From assembly GCA_002394465.1 (NCBI GenBank), contig DGTU01000003.1, positions 1 to 46,554 on the forward strand: a DNA stretch of 46,554 nucleotides, in the 5' to 3' direction. Made by a program: the position numbers and the translations under genes. This document shows, piece after piece, positions 9,208-18,463 of this stretch. How positions within the stretch are numbered: position 1 is the stretch's first letter; each line of letters starts with the position of its first letter. The DNA comes from Treponema sp. UBA4328 (GTDB taxonomy: Bacteria > Spirochaetota > Spirochaetia > Treponematales > Treponemataceae). Under the pieces are notes generated by a model. It was not told the DNA's origin and ran no database searches. It saw nothing but the letters and a program-made list of their open reading frames with translations.

Positions 9208-9267
9208 ATTGTTTATATCGGCATTTTTCCATTATAATTAGAGCGAGTTTTTTCTCAGGGAGTTTGT

Positions 9268-9696
9268 ATGCTTAAAAAACTGCTTCTTCCGGCTGCACTT
9301 CTTCTGTCACTTTTTACGGCCGGATGTTCAAAAGAAAAGCCGGACACTGCTGTTAAAGTTGAAGACCCGCTCAAAGGCAAAATGTATGCCTTTACGGAAG
9401 AATTCTTCGGTGTTCCTTCTTTTACGACAATTGATTTCGGAATGAACGGTGAAGTTTCCATCGTCAACGGTTCCCTTCTCCCGGTAGACAGCCCGGAAGA
9501 TGCAGTCAGCCGTATCAGCGGAACCTACAAGTATGATTCAGCAAACAATTCAGTCTTCATCAAGTCAACGGAAGACGAAGCTGAACAGGGCTATCAGGCT
9601 AATTTTATCTATGACCAGTTAACAAAAACCATTTCGATCAGTGACGAATATGGAAATACAATGATTTTTGAGGAGGTTCCCGTAAATGAAAACTAA
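9268..9696 (+). CDS. Hypothetical lipoprotein
   Basis: LFTAG-C lipobox; GGGAG RBS. Confidence 0.75.
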   Translation: MLKKLLLPAALLLSLFTAGCSKEKPDTAVKVEDPLKGKMYAFTEEFFGVPSFTTIDFGMNGEVSIVNGSLLPVDSPEDAVSRISGTYKYDSANNSVFIKSTEDEAEQGYQANFIYDQLTKTISISDEYGNTMIFEEVPVNEN

Positions 9697-10360
9697 GGCA
9701 TTTTTCAGGACAATTTTCACACTTTTTATTCTTGCAGGTGGAATCGCATCTGCACAGTCTAACCCGCTCATCGGAAAAACATATTCGGCAGACATAATGG
9801 GCATTGCTGCCTTGAACGTCACTTTTAATGATGATGACAGCTGTATACTTGAAGCTATCGACGGAACCGACATTTCACATTTCGAAAAAGTTGACGGATC
9901 TTATAAGTATCTTTCAAACGCAACTGTTTCTATAACAGCTGATGACGGCAGCACACTGGACTTTGTCTATGACAAGGCAAATGATATTCTCCGCGCCGTA
10001 ATTGATGAAGACAATGGAATAATGCTCGAGCTTAAACCTAAAACAGTAAAGGCCCTCAATCCAAATGCAGTCGCTCCGGAAACCCTTGCAGGAAGAACCT
10101 ATTCAGGCAGCATGCTCGGTAAAGAATTCATCCGTCTTTCATTTACAGACGACAAAAACTGCGATGTAACTGCATTCGACGGAACTGATTCAGAAACCGT
10201 AAAATGCACCTATACATACGATAAATCAACCGGTGAATTAAAATTCCACTCTGAAGATGAAGATTTTGATGACGGTGAATTCAGATACGAAAAAGGTGAC
10301 AATACCATCAAGATCGTCATTCCTGACGGTTTTACACTTTCACTCGAACAGATAAAATAA
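9686..10360 (+). CDS. Secreted hypothetical protein with two internal repeats
   Basis: Signal peptide ending ASA-Q; two copies of L.G(K/R)TYS....F.DD..C...DG; overlaps the upstream gene, GAGGAGG RBS. Confidence 0.75.
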   Translation: MKTKAFFRTIFTLFILAGGIASAQSNPLIGKTYSADIMGIAALNVTFNDDDSCILEAIDGTDISHFEKVDGSYKYLSNATVSITADDGSTLDFVYDKANDILRAVIDEDNGIMLELKPKTVKALNPNAVAPETLAGRTYSGSMLGKEFIRLSFTDDKNCDVTAFDGTDSETVKCTYTYDKSTGELKFHSEDEDFDDGEFRYEKGDNTIKIVIPDGFTLSLEQIK

Positions 10361-10373
10361 CCCGGAGGAAGCA

Positions 10374-10643
10374 ATGAACGCCATTATCACGGTAGTAGGA
10401 AGCGACAAAGTCGGAATCATCGCAAAGGTAAGTGCCCTGCTTGCAGAACACAAAATCAACATCGGAGACATTACGCAGACAGTTCTTTCCGGTAATTTTG
10501 TAATGATGATGGTGGTAAGCCTTCAGGAAAGCGACATTAACATCGATGAACTGAGAACCATTCTGTCAAAAGAAAGCCAGCTTATGCAGGTTGAAATCAA
10601 TGTAATGGCAGAAAAAGTCTTCAGTTCAATGAACAGAATTTAA
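10374..10643 (+). CDS. Stand-alone ACT-domain protein (UPF0237-like)
   Basis: AIITVVGSDKVGIIAKVS...NIGDITQT...FVMMMVV...VFSSMNRI; GGAGG RBS. Confidence 0.88.
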   Translation: MNAIITVVGSDKVGIIAKVSALLAEHKINIGDITQTVLSGNFVMMMVVSLQESDINIDELRTILSKESQLMQVEINVMAEKVFSSMNRI

Positions 10644-10649
10644 ATCTGA

Positions 10650-11498
10650 CTAAAAATAAACTTTTGCACCGAACGTCACACCGTTCCAGGACTCTGTGAT
10701 TGTTCCGGTGGAAATGTTTTCAACCCCAAGATACTTCCATCCCGCAAATATTTCATACCTGTTTACAAGAATCCCGAGCGTAGCAACAGAATCAAGCAGC
10801 TTTAAGTTATCCGAGAAAGTCTGGAACTCAATCCGCCAGTCAATGTGCAGCGGACGAACCGGAAAAGACTGAACCTGGAATCCGACAGAGAGACCGTTTT
10901 CAAGCATAGGACTTGCATCACCATACCAGTGAGACCACTGGGCTATAACTGCGAGAGAAAATATATTGTGCTGGAACACTACAACCTGGCCACCGAGCCT
11001 GATGTTGCCGTTATAGAGTTCCGAATCATCATTTTCATCCTGGTTCATAAAATACATGTGTTCAAAATAAGGTCCTACGAACCAGAAAAGGCCTTCGAAC
11101 CTGGTATCATTTCCCCAGCCGATTGATTTGTTCATCCTGAACTGCGACGTTGAAAGTGAAAAACGTGTCATCCTTGAATTATCTTCACTGTCAGAAAGAG
11201 CATACCAGATGTAATCATTTGTATTGCCCTGATACGGATAATCCCGGAATCTTGAGAGGGCAAGCAGTGCAAGCCATGCAGAAGTTACATCCGATGCACA
11301 AAGGTTGCAGCATACATCAAGTACTGCAGTTGCACACGGATCCGAATCATCTGAAGATGAACTTTTTTTCGTTCTTTCTTTTTTTGTTCCCTGTCTGCCC
11401 GAATCCTCAACGGCATCATTAAAACCGTAAGCGAATGCAGAGAATCCTGATGCAAGCATCAGCAATACCGGAATAATTTTTCTTAACGTCATTTTCAT
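10650..11498 (-). CDS. Hypothetical exported protein, possible outer-membrane beta-barrel
   Basis: Signal peptide ending AFA; alternating hydrophobic strands; C-terminal GVTFGAKVYF. Confidence 0.6.
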   Translation of the reverse strand: MKMTLRKIIPVLLMLASGFSAFAYGFNDAVEDSGRQGTKKERTKKSSSSDDSDPCATAVLDVCCNLCASDVTSAWLALLALSRFRDYPYQGNTNDYIWYALSDSEDNSRMTRFSLSTSQFRMNKSIGWGNDTRFEGLFWFVGPYFEHMYFMNQDENDDSELYNGNIRLGGQVVVFQHNIFSLAVIAQWSHWYGDASPMLENGLSVGFQVQSFPVRPLHIDWRIEFQTFSDNLKLLDSVATLGILVNRYEIFAGWKYLGVENISTGTITESWNGVTFGAKVYF

Positions 11499-12259
11499 TT
11501 TCTCGCCACTATAACCATTGTTTTTGCCTTTTCATTGTAAGGAGAAAAATCAAAGTCTCCGTAAATTTCGGCAGATTTAAATCCTATTCCGACAAGAAGC
11601 CGCCGTAGTTCAACTGCAGAATAAAGCCTCTGCACAAACTCATGTTCCATCCTCTCGCCGGTTTTGTCGTCAATCAGAATCCATTTTGAACGAAGGCCTT
11701 CCCAAGCACCTTCCACGGAAAACTGCGTAAGTACGGTTTTTCCTGCACGTTCAAACCATTCACCTTCAGTAAAATACTGTACGGCAATTTCACGGCTTAT
11801 GTTTTCCAGAATGAAAAAACCGTTTTCCTTCAGCGACGCATAAATTGACTGGAGAATCTGTACGTCCTCTTCAATCGTATCACAGTATCCGAACGAAGTA
11901 TAAAGATTAATTGCCGCATCAAATTTCCTGTCAGACTTAAACGTACGAAGATCTGCCTTAATCAGTTCAAGATCAACGCCTTCGGCAGAAGCAGATTCAG
12001 CCGCAGCATCAAGTTCACTCTGAATAAGGTCTACGCCCGTAACTTCAAGTCCCCTTGCAGCCAGTTCAACGCTGATCCGTCCAGGACCGCAGCCTGCATC
12101 AAGGATTTTTGCACCCTTTGAAAGCCCGGCAATTTTGCAGACGTAATCAGCAACATCCGGAGCTTCTGCCCACCGCTGAGGGTCAAACATTATGGGAGCA
12201 TAATTCTGCCAGAACCTTTCGTTTTCAAACCATTCTTTTTTCTGCTTACGTTTAGCCAT
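11495..12259 (-). CDS. Class I SAM-dependent methyltransferase
   Basis: ILDAGCGPGR, VTGVD, ADLR, FDAAINLYTSFGY. Confidence 0.9.
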   Translation of the reverse strand: MAKRKQKKEWFENERFWQNYAPIMFDPQRWAEAPDVADYVCKIAGLSKGAKILDAGCGPGRISVELAARGLEVTGVDLIQSELDAAAESASAEGVDLELIKADLRTFKSDRKFDAAINLYTSFGYCDTIEEDVQILQSIYASLKENGFFILENISREIAVQYFTEGEWFERAGKTVLTQFSVEGAWEGLRSKWILIDDKTGERMEHEFVQRLYSAVELRRLLVGIGFKSAEIYGDFDFSPYNEKAKTMVIVARK

Positions 12260-12429
12260 AGCGCCACCTTTTTATATTGTATCACAATAACGAAGAAATA
12301 ACATATATATTCCCGGGCGGCAGCCGCAAACAGGATGTTTTTGCCCGCCTTTCTGCTCCCTCCCGCCGTTTTATTTCATAATTATTTGTATAACCAGAAG
12401 CCAATTTTTATACAGACATATTATTTTAC

Positions 12430-12496
12430 GTCATTTTCGGGCTTGACCCGGAAATCTATCTTCTAAGAGATTGCCGTGTCTAAGCACGGCAATGAC
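12430..12496. repeat. Two-hairpin palindromic element (REP/RPE-like doublet)
   Basis: GTCATTTTCGGGCTTGACCCGGAAATCT-spacer-GAGATTGCCGTGTCTAAGCACGGCAATGAC; GTCATT/AATGAC termini with two inverted units. Confidence 0.75.
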
Positions 12497-12632
12497 ATTA
12501 AGTGTTCAGAGAACATATAAATGCATGCGGGCAAAAAAAAGCGGCTTTCGATTCACTTTGAAGGAGCTGGAACAACAAAGACAATCGTAATAATTTGTTT
12601 GCCCGCTGAAAGATTTTCTGTATAATAATTTC

Positions 12633-13493
12633 ATGACTACATTACAGGCTTTTTTTCTGGGTCTGCTTCAGGGAATTGCTGAATTTCTTCCGGTTTCTTC
12701 AAGCGGCCATCTTAAACTTGCACAGGGACTTTTCGGCCTTACGGATGTTCCCCTTATGTTTGATGTTTTCCTGCACATTGCAACCCTGCTTGCAGTATGC
12801 ATTTATTTCAGGAAAATTATCCTCCGTCTTTTCACGATTCTTTTCAGAGTCATTTTCCGCCGTGAGGAACAGCCGTACACTGGTGATGATCCTAAAATCC
12901 TCTCCCTTGCACCGGATTATGCTGCAGGAATGAATACAATCTTCATGATAATAATTTCTACCGCCGTCACGGGAGTTATGGGGATTGCGGTCAAAAAATT
13001 TCTCGACAGTGATTCTATTTCAGTAAAATTCATCTGCGCAGGCTTTCTGGTAACTTCCGTATTACTTCTGCTTTCAGGCCTTGTATCAGGAAGACAGGCT
13101 CAGGTCACCGGATACACAAAATTAAAGTGGTATCAGGCAGTGGCAGTCGGTTTTGCACAGGGAATAGGAACCCTTCCGGGAATCAGCCGCTCAGGTTCAA
13201 CGATTTCAGGTGCCGTATTCTGCGGAGTCGGCCGCGTAAAGGCAGGAGACTACTCATTCATCATTTCAATTCCTGCAATTCTCGGAGCCTTTGTTCTGAC
13301 CCTTAAAGATTTTTTTGAAGCAGAAGCAGCAGTCGTCATTGAAACTCTTCCCCTTGCAGTGAGCTTCGTTACGGCATTTGTTTCAGGCTATGCAGCCCTG
13401 AGCCTTCTGATGAAACTCATAAACAGGGGAAAACTTGCATGGTTTGCAGTTTACCTCATTCCGCTCGGAATCTTCGGACTGATATATTTCTAA
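12633..13493 (+). CDS. uppP: Undecaprenyl-diphosphate phosphatase (BacA)
   Basis: GLLQGIAEFLPVSSSGH and PGISRSGSTI signatures; SFIISIPAILGA. Confidence 0.95.
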   Translation: MTTLQAFFLGLLQGIAEFLPVSSSGHLKLAQGLFGLTDVPLMFDVFLHIATLLAVCIYFRKIILRLFTILFRVIFRREEQPYTGDDPKILSLAPDYAAGMNTIFMIIISTAVTGVMGIAVKKFLDSDSISVKFICAGFLVTSVLLLLSGLVSGRQAQVTGYTKLKWYQAVAVGFAQGIGTLPGISRSGSTISGAVFCGVGRVKAGDYSFIISIPAILGAFVLTLKDFFEAEAAVVIETLPLAVSFVTAFVSGYAALSLLMKLINRGKLAWFAVYLIPLGIFGLIYF

Positions 13494-13495
13494 AA

Positions 13496-15301
13496 TTACG
13501 ACCGTACGAGCTGAATAAATTCTTCGATTTCCTTTCTGTACATTGCGATTCCTTCATTCCAGAATGCAGGAGTCGTAATGTCAAAGCCTGCCTTGCGGCA
13601 CAAATCTTCACAGCTCATTGAACCTGTATCAGACAGCAGCTTTTCATAAACTAAAGCAAATGCAGGTCCTTCCTTTCTGTAGCGCATATAAAGTCCGGCA
13701 GCAAACAGCTGTCCGAATGCATACGGAAAATTATAAAAATCAAGGTCCGGAGAATAATAATGGCTTTTAACGGCCCACATATACTCATGACGCTCATCCG
13801 GGTTAAGTCCGCATCCGTAGGATTTTTCCTGAGCCTGCTTCATCAGGGCACAGAAATCTTCAGCATTGAGTTCGCTTTCTGCACGTTTTTCAAAGACGCT
13901 CTTTTCAAAATAAAAGCGGCACAATATATCAACCAGAACCTGACTCACATCCTGAAGGTCAAATTCAAGGATCTGCATCCTGTCTGCACCGGAACTGTTT
14001 TGAATCATATTCTGCTTGACTATCGTCTCTGCAAAAGTTGAAGCCGTTTCTGCAAGCGTCATCGGATAATCAAAAAATAAAGCCGGTTTACCTTCCATAC
14101 AGCTGAAATGAAATGCATGTCCGATTTCGTGGGCAAGCGTTATTATGTCACTGAAAGCCCCCGTAAAATTAGTCATTATGCGGCTCTGATGTCCAAGCGG
14201 AAAATCTTCATCATATGCACCGCCGGTTTTCCCTTCGCGTACGGCAGCATCAATCCAGCCTTCATCAAAAACTTTTCGGGCAAAGTCACCGGCACGTGTG
14301 CTGAAGGAATCGTAGCGTGCAATTATATAATCCCGTGCTTCGCTGAAGGTCCACTTTTTTGAAAGGAAAGAATTTTCTCCGCCGGAAGAAAGCGGTGCAA
14401 ACAGGTCATAGAATGCAAGGCCCTTTTCACCTGACTTACTGACTGTCGCCCCCGTTTTCTTAAGATATTCCGCCTTTGCACAGAAATATTCCCGGAACAC
14501 ATCAAGATTTTCTTCTATCGAAGTAATGAGTGCTTCAAGCGTTTTTTCTGACAGCCTTGAAGAAAACAATGAACGTTCAAGGGCTGTTTTCCAGTTTCGT
14601 CTTGAATTCAAGGTAAGCGTTTCACCTTTTATGTTATTGAGGCATGCTGCAAGGGCAGTTTCATTCTGACGGAGCAGCTGTATTTCTCTCTCCCAGCTTT
14701 TTTTTCTGAGTTCACCATCAGGAGAATATGCATCGTTTCTGAGTTCATTGAAAGTCTTAGATTCATCGTCTGAAAGGCTGCTTATTATCTGCTCGTGAAG
14801 CCTCTCCCATGCATTTCCGCCCGTTCGCTGAAGGTCACCGGCAAGTTTTTCTTCAGCGGCGGACATCTGATGGCCTGCTGCAGTGACTCTCTCCTCAAGT
14901 ACATAAGAATATTCTTCAAACTGAGGAAATTTTTTATAAAAGGATTCCAGTCTGGATGCATTTTCTGAAAGAAGTCGTGTAAACTTGAGGTCCGCCTGCT
15001 TTAAGCCAAGCGTAAGCTCATCAATCCGTGCAATGTTGTTGAGAAACTTTGTATTCGTCGTATCAACGGAATAAATTATATATGCATATGCATTCAGGGT
15101 ACGGGATAAGGCAAGAACTTCATTTTCAATTTCAAGATAAGTTCTGAGGCTGTTTTCAAAATCTTCCTTGAGGGAAGAAGCCGCTGAATCAAGTTTTCTG
15201 ATTCCGTCCGCAAAGGCTTTAACGGTATCCTCATATTCCCGGGAATCGAGTGAAGGAAAAATTGAATCAAGGTTCCATAAAGGTATATTTTCGTTTGTCA
15301 T
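13496..15301 (-). CDS. pepF: M3B oligoendopeptidase F
   Basis: WNLDSIF N-terminus, WID...GK.GGAY, TLAHEIGHAFH (HExxH), LAETAS, FYNFPYAFG. Confidence 0.9.
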   Translation of the reverse strand: MTNENIPLWNLDSIFPSLDSREYEDTVKAFADGIRKLDSAASSLKEDFENSLRTYLEIENEVLALSRTLNAYAYIIYSVDTTNTKFLNNIARIDELTLGLKQADLKFTRLLSENASRLESFYKKFPQFEEYSYVLEERVTAAGHQMSAAEEKLAGDLQRTGGNAWERLHEQIISSLSDDESKTFNELRNDAYSPDGELRKKSWEREIQLLRQNETALAACLNNIKGETLTLNSRRNWKTALERSLFSSRLSEKTLEALITSIEENLDVFREYFCAKAEYLKKTGATVSKSGEKGLAFYDLFAPLSSGGENSFLSKKWTFSEARDYIIARYDSFSTRAGDFARKVFDEGWIDAAVREGKTGGAYDEDFPLGHQSRIMTNFTGAFSDIITLAHEIGHAFHFSCMEGKPALFFDYPMTLAETASTFAETIVKQNMIQNSSGADRMQILEFDLQDVSQVLVDILCRFYFEKSVFEKRAESELNAEDFCALMKQAQEKSYGCGLNPDERHEYMWAVKSHYYSPDLDFYNFPYAFGQLFAAGLYMRYRKEGPAFALVYEKLLSDTGSMSCEDLCRKAGFDITTPAFWNEGIAMYRKEIEEFIQLVRS

Positions 15302-15336
15302 AAATAAAGTTTATCATTATAATTTTTTTATGAAAA
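15295..15336. promoter_or_regulatory. Interdigitated divergent leaderless promoters (pepF / thioesterase)
   Basis: + strand: TTGTCA(15295)-17-TATAAT(15318)-6-ATG(15330). - strand: TTTTCA(15336)-17-TAAACT(15313-15308, extended TG)-6-ATG(15301). Confidence 0.7.
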
Positions 15337-15734
15337 TAACAACTGAACTTAAAGTCAGAACCTATGAATGTGATTCATACGGTCACGTAAACAACGCAAA
15401 TTACCTTCACTACCTCGAATACGCCCGCGGAGATTTTCTTGATCAAATCGGATTTGACTACAACAAATTCGTAGAAGAAGGATATTTCATCTACATTACG
15501 CATATAGACATTTACTATAAATGGTCAGCAAGATACGGTGATACGCTTCATATTGAAACCATGCCCCTTAAAACAGGTGCAGTTTCAGGAACAATGAGTC
15601 AGAAAGTCCTTAATCAGGACGGAAAGATCGTAGCAGAAGCAGAGGTAAGCTGGGCCTGCGTCAACAGGGAATCACGCCCGTCAAAAATCCCGGATGCCTA
15701 CAAAAACACCGGCCTCTCCCCTGAAACAAATTAA
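15330..15734 (+). CDS. Acyl-CoA thioesterase (4HBT/YbgC hot-dog fold)
   Basis: VRTYECDSYGHVNNANYLHYLEYAR signature; real start ATG 15330, since the track start overlaps pepF. Confidence 0.9.
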   Translation: MKITTELKVRTYECDSYGHVNNANYLHYLEYARGDFLDQIGFDYNKFVEEGYFIYITHIDIYYKWSARYGDTLHIETMPLKTGAVSGTMSQKVLNQDGKIVAEAEVSWACVNRESRPSKIPDAYKNTGLSPETN

Positions 15735-15797
15735 AAAAGACAGAAATTGCTTCGCAATTTCTGTCGAACTTAGTTTTGCTAAAGCAAAACTAAGTTC
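15733..15797 (-). terminator. Terminator of cheY-mcp plus an abutting second perfect palindrome
   Basis: GACAGAAATTGC-TTC-GCAATTTCTGTC preceded by an A run, then GAACTTAGTTTTGCT-AA-AGCAAAACTAAGTTC. Confidence 0.75.
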
Positions 15798-17991
15798 AGA
15801 ATTCCTCAAAATCTGCATCAGTGATAAGGTCAGCAGTTGTCTTAATCTTTGCAGTTCCATCCAGAGGTTCTTTTTTATTATCTTTTTTAGTCCTCTTCTT
15901 TTCAGGTTTTGAAACAGTCGCTGCTTCTTTTTTCTCTTCCTGAACGGCTTCACGCTGAGTTTCCGGAAGGATTTCCTTTTCAGCTTTCGGCTCTTCCTTA
16001 AGTTCCGGTTCAGCTGCAGGAGCTTCCTGTTTCCCTTCTGCAACAGTTTCTTCTGCAGACTTTTCCGCTTCGACAGTCAGGCCTGATGTTCCTTGAGAAT
16101 CTTTATTTTCCGTATCTGCAATCTGTGAATACTCAGTCTTAATGTCAGCCGGCGTCTTGAAGAAACTGATTACCTGAACGAGTCTCTGTGCTTCGGCGCT
16201 CAGTTCCTCAGCCATTGCAGCCATCTGTTCAGCGGCAGATGCATTCTGCTGAACTACGCTGTCCATCTGAATAATTGCAGTGCTTACCTGCTGTGCGCCC
16301 TCATCCTGTTCATGGGCACTGGTTGCAATTTCCTGTATGAGCATTGAAGTCTGTTCAATGCTTGGAACGACTTCGCGGATGAGCTTACCGGCATTTTCTG
16401 CAGTTTCCAGGGTCTGGGTTGAAATTTCACTTATTTCTGCTGCTGCTGCCTGTGAACGCTCCGCAAGCTTACGGACTTCACTCGCAACAACGGCAAATCC
16501 CTTTCCTGCTTCGCCAGCACGTGCAGCTTCAATTGCTGCATTGAGGGCGAGCATGTTTGTCTGACCTGCAATATCCTGAATTACGCTGATTTTTTCTGCA
16601 ATCGTTTTAACGGCACCAACAGCTTCTTCAACGGCAAGTCCGCCTGCTTCACCCTTAGCAGAAGCCATGTTTGCAATTTCGCTTGTCTTGCCTGCATTCT
16701 CGGCTGACTGTCTGATGGTTGAAGTCATCTGTTCCATCGTTGCACTCATTTCTTCAGAGCTTGCTGCCTGTTCACTTGCACCTGAACTGACTGCCTGGCT
16801 TGAAGAACTCAGCTGTTCACCGCCGGCACGTACCTGCATTGCAGATTCGCGAACCTGTGAAATTGTCTTCAGAAGGGAGGCAATCATTTCCTTAAGGGAA
16901 TTTCCCATTTTGCCAAGCTCGTCTTTTCTTGCGAGCATGATCCTTTTCTCTTCTTCAGAAACGGTATCAATTATCAGGTCGCCGTCAGATATGCAGTGAA
17001 GCATCTTCTGAATCGTTCCAATCGGTCGGGCAAGACTCCATGCATAAAAGAGTCCGGCACAAATTGCAAGAATTACGATTATGACTCCAATAAGAATCAT
17101 ATAGAAACGCATCGTATAGATTGATGCCATAAAAAGGTCGTCCGGACACATGAAAATCATTGTCCATGTAGTTTCAAGCTGCGGAGTCTTAAGGCTCGCA
17201 TAACACAGATACTGAGACTCACCTTTGAATGTAATTTTTTCAATTCCGCGTTCTGATTTTACGATCTTCTCATTCAATGCAGAAATTTCGCTGTAACCGA
17301 GTTTTTCGCCAGATGAAGCATTTTCTGCCTCTGCCAGCTGGGCAAAAGTTGCCGTTCTGTCAGATGAAACGCTTATGGAACTTGAAAGTATCGTTGAATC
17401 TTTTTTGTTGATGATAAATGCAGTACTTCCGGGAATAACCGTAAGTTTATTGATGAACATATCAAGCAGTTCAGGCTTGTAGTTAATGGCAAGGACACCG
17501 TCGACGCCCTTTCCGTCAAAATAAACAGGTACGGCAAAATAAAGGTTCGGGAGTCCCGTTGTTTTGGAAATAAGGGGACCTTCAATTGAAGGCTTTCCCT
17601 GCATTGCATTCTTGAAATAGCCTCTGTCCGAAATATTCGTCGGCTTTCCTTTGGAAGTATAGGCTTTTCCCGTTGCATCCGAAATGATGTAATAGTTTCC
17701 GCCGGAAGTTTCGGCATTGTAGTTGCCGAGAATTGCAGCCTTTTCTTTAAGTGAAAGGGCCGGATTCTTTATTGATTCACCGTCGGCAAGAATATTCAGG
17801 CCTGTAACCTGAGTATTTATTTCTGACATCGCATACTGAACGATTGAGTCCATCAGTGGAGAAAGAGACTTGTTCACGGTTTCGTTTACTGCATTCCGGC
17901 CGAACCTTAATGCAATGAATGAAAGCGTTAATGCCGTAATAATGATAACGACTGCGATAAATGCAGCAATTGCCGAACGAATGCTTTTCAT
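15796..17991 (-). CDS. Methyl-accepting chemotaxis protein (2 TM, dCache-like sensor, HAMP, C-terminal DFEEF pentapeptide)
   Basis: [13 protein letters not shown]...P.ISKTTG Cache motif, [50 protein letters not shown] tip. Confidence 0.95.
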   Translation of the reverse strand: MKSIRSAIAAFIAVVIIITALTLSFIALRFGRNAVNETVNKSLSPLMDSIVQYAMSEINTQVTGLNILADGESIKNPALSLKEKAAILGNYNAETSGGNYYIISDATGKAYTSKGKPTNISDRGYFKNAMQGKPSIEGPLISKTTGLPNLYFAVPVYFDGKGVDGVLAINYKPELLDMFINKLTVIPGSTAFIINKKDSTILSSSISVSSDRTATFAQLAEAENASSGEKLGYSEISALNEKIVKSERGIEKITFKGESQYLCYASLKTPQLETTWTMIFMCPDDLFMASIYTMRFYMILIGVIIVILAICAGLFYAWSLARPIGTIQKMLHCISDGDLIIDTVSEEEKRIMLARKDELGKMGNSLKEMIASLLKTISQVRESAMQVRAGGEQLSSSSQAVSSGASEQAASSEEMSATMEQMTSTIRQSAENAGKTSEIANMASAKGEAGGLAVEEAVGAVKTIAEKISVIQDIAGQTNMLALNAAIEAARAGEAGKGFAVVASEVRKLAERSQAAAAEISEISTQTLETAENAGKLIREVVPSIEQTSMLIQEIATSAHEQDEGAQQVSTAIIQMDSVVQQNASAAEQMAAMAEELSAEAQRLVQVISFFKTPADIKTEYSQIADTENKDSQGTSGLTVEAEKSAEETVAEGKQEAPAAEPELKEEPKAEKEILPETQREAVQEEKKEAATVSKPEKKRTKKDNKKEPLDGTAKIKTTADLITDADFEEF

Positions 17992-17995
17992 AGAA

Positions 17996-18364
17996 TTATC
18001 CTATAATCTTTTTAACAACCGAAATAAGTTTCGGTGCATCAAACGGTTTTACAATCCAGCCTGTAGCACCGGCAGCCTTACCTTCTGCCATTTTGTCAGA
18101 CTGATTTTCAGTCGTAAGTGCAATTATCGGCGTAAATTTGTAGCCGTCAGTTGCCCTCAATGCCTTTGTAAGTTCGATGCCGTCCATATTCGGCATATTG
18201 ATATCCGTAATTACCAGATTAAATTTATCAGCCTTTGCCTTTGCGAGTCCGTCTACTCCGTCAACTGCTTCTGTTACTTCGTAACCTTCCTGTCCGAGAA
18301 TAAAAGTAATGCTTGCCCTGATTGATCTTGAATCATCAACCGCAAGTATTTTTTTGCCTGCCAT
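17996..18364 (-). CDS. cheY: Chemotaxis response regulator
   Basis: Single REC domain: [29 protein letters not shown]; located in a che cluster. Confidence 0.9.
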   Translation of the reverse strand: MAGKKILAVDDSRSIRASITFILGQEGYEVTEAVDGVDGLAKAKADKFNLVITDINMPNMDGIELTKALRATDGYKFTPIIALTTENQSDKMAEGKAAGATGWIVKPFDAPKLISVVKKIIG

Positions 18365-18463
18365 AACCAGCCTCCGTAATGAATATTTTTACAACAACTT
18401 TTTCTTTCTTTCATGTTATATATTGTAACACATCATTTTTACTTATGCATTTTTTATTGCAGT

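Noticed and set aside
12527-12606. SRP RNA or a known riboswitch
   Set aside because: It lacks the CAGG/GNRA/AGCA SRP core and I recognise no riboswitch consensus; kept only as unexplained structure
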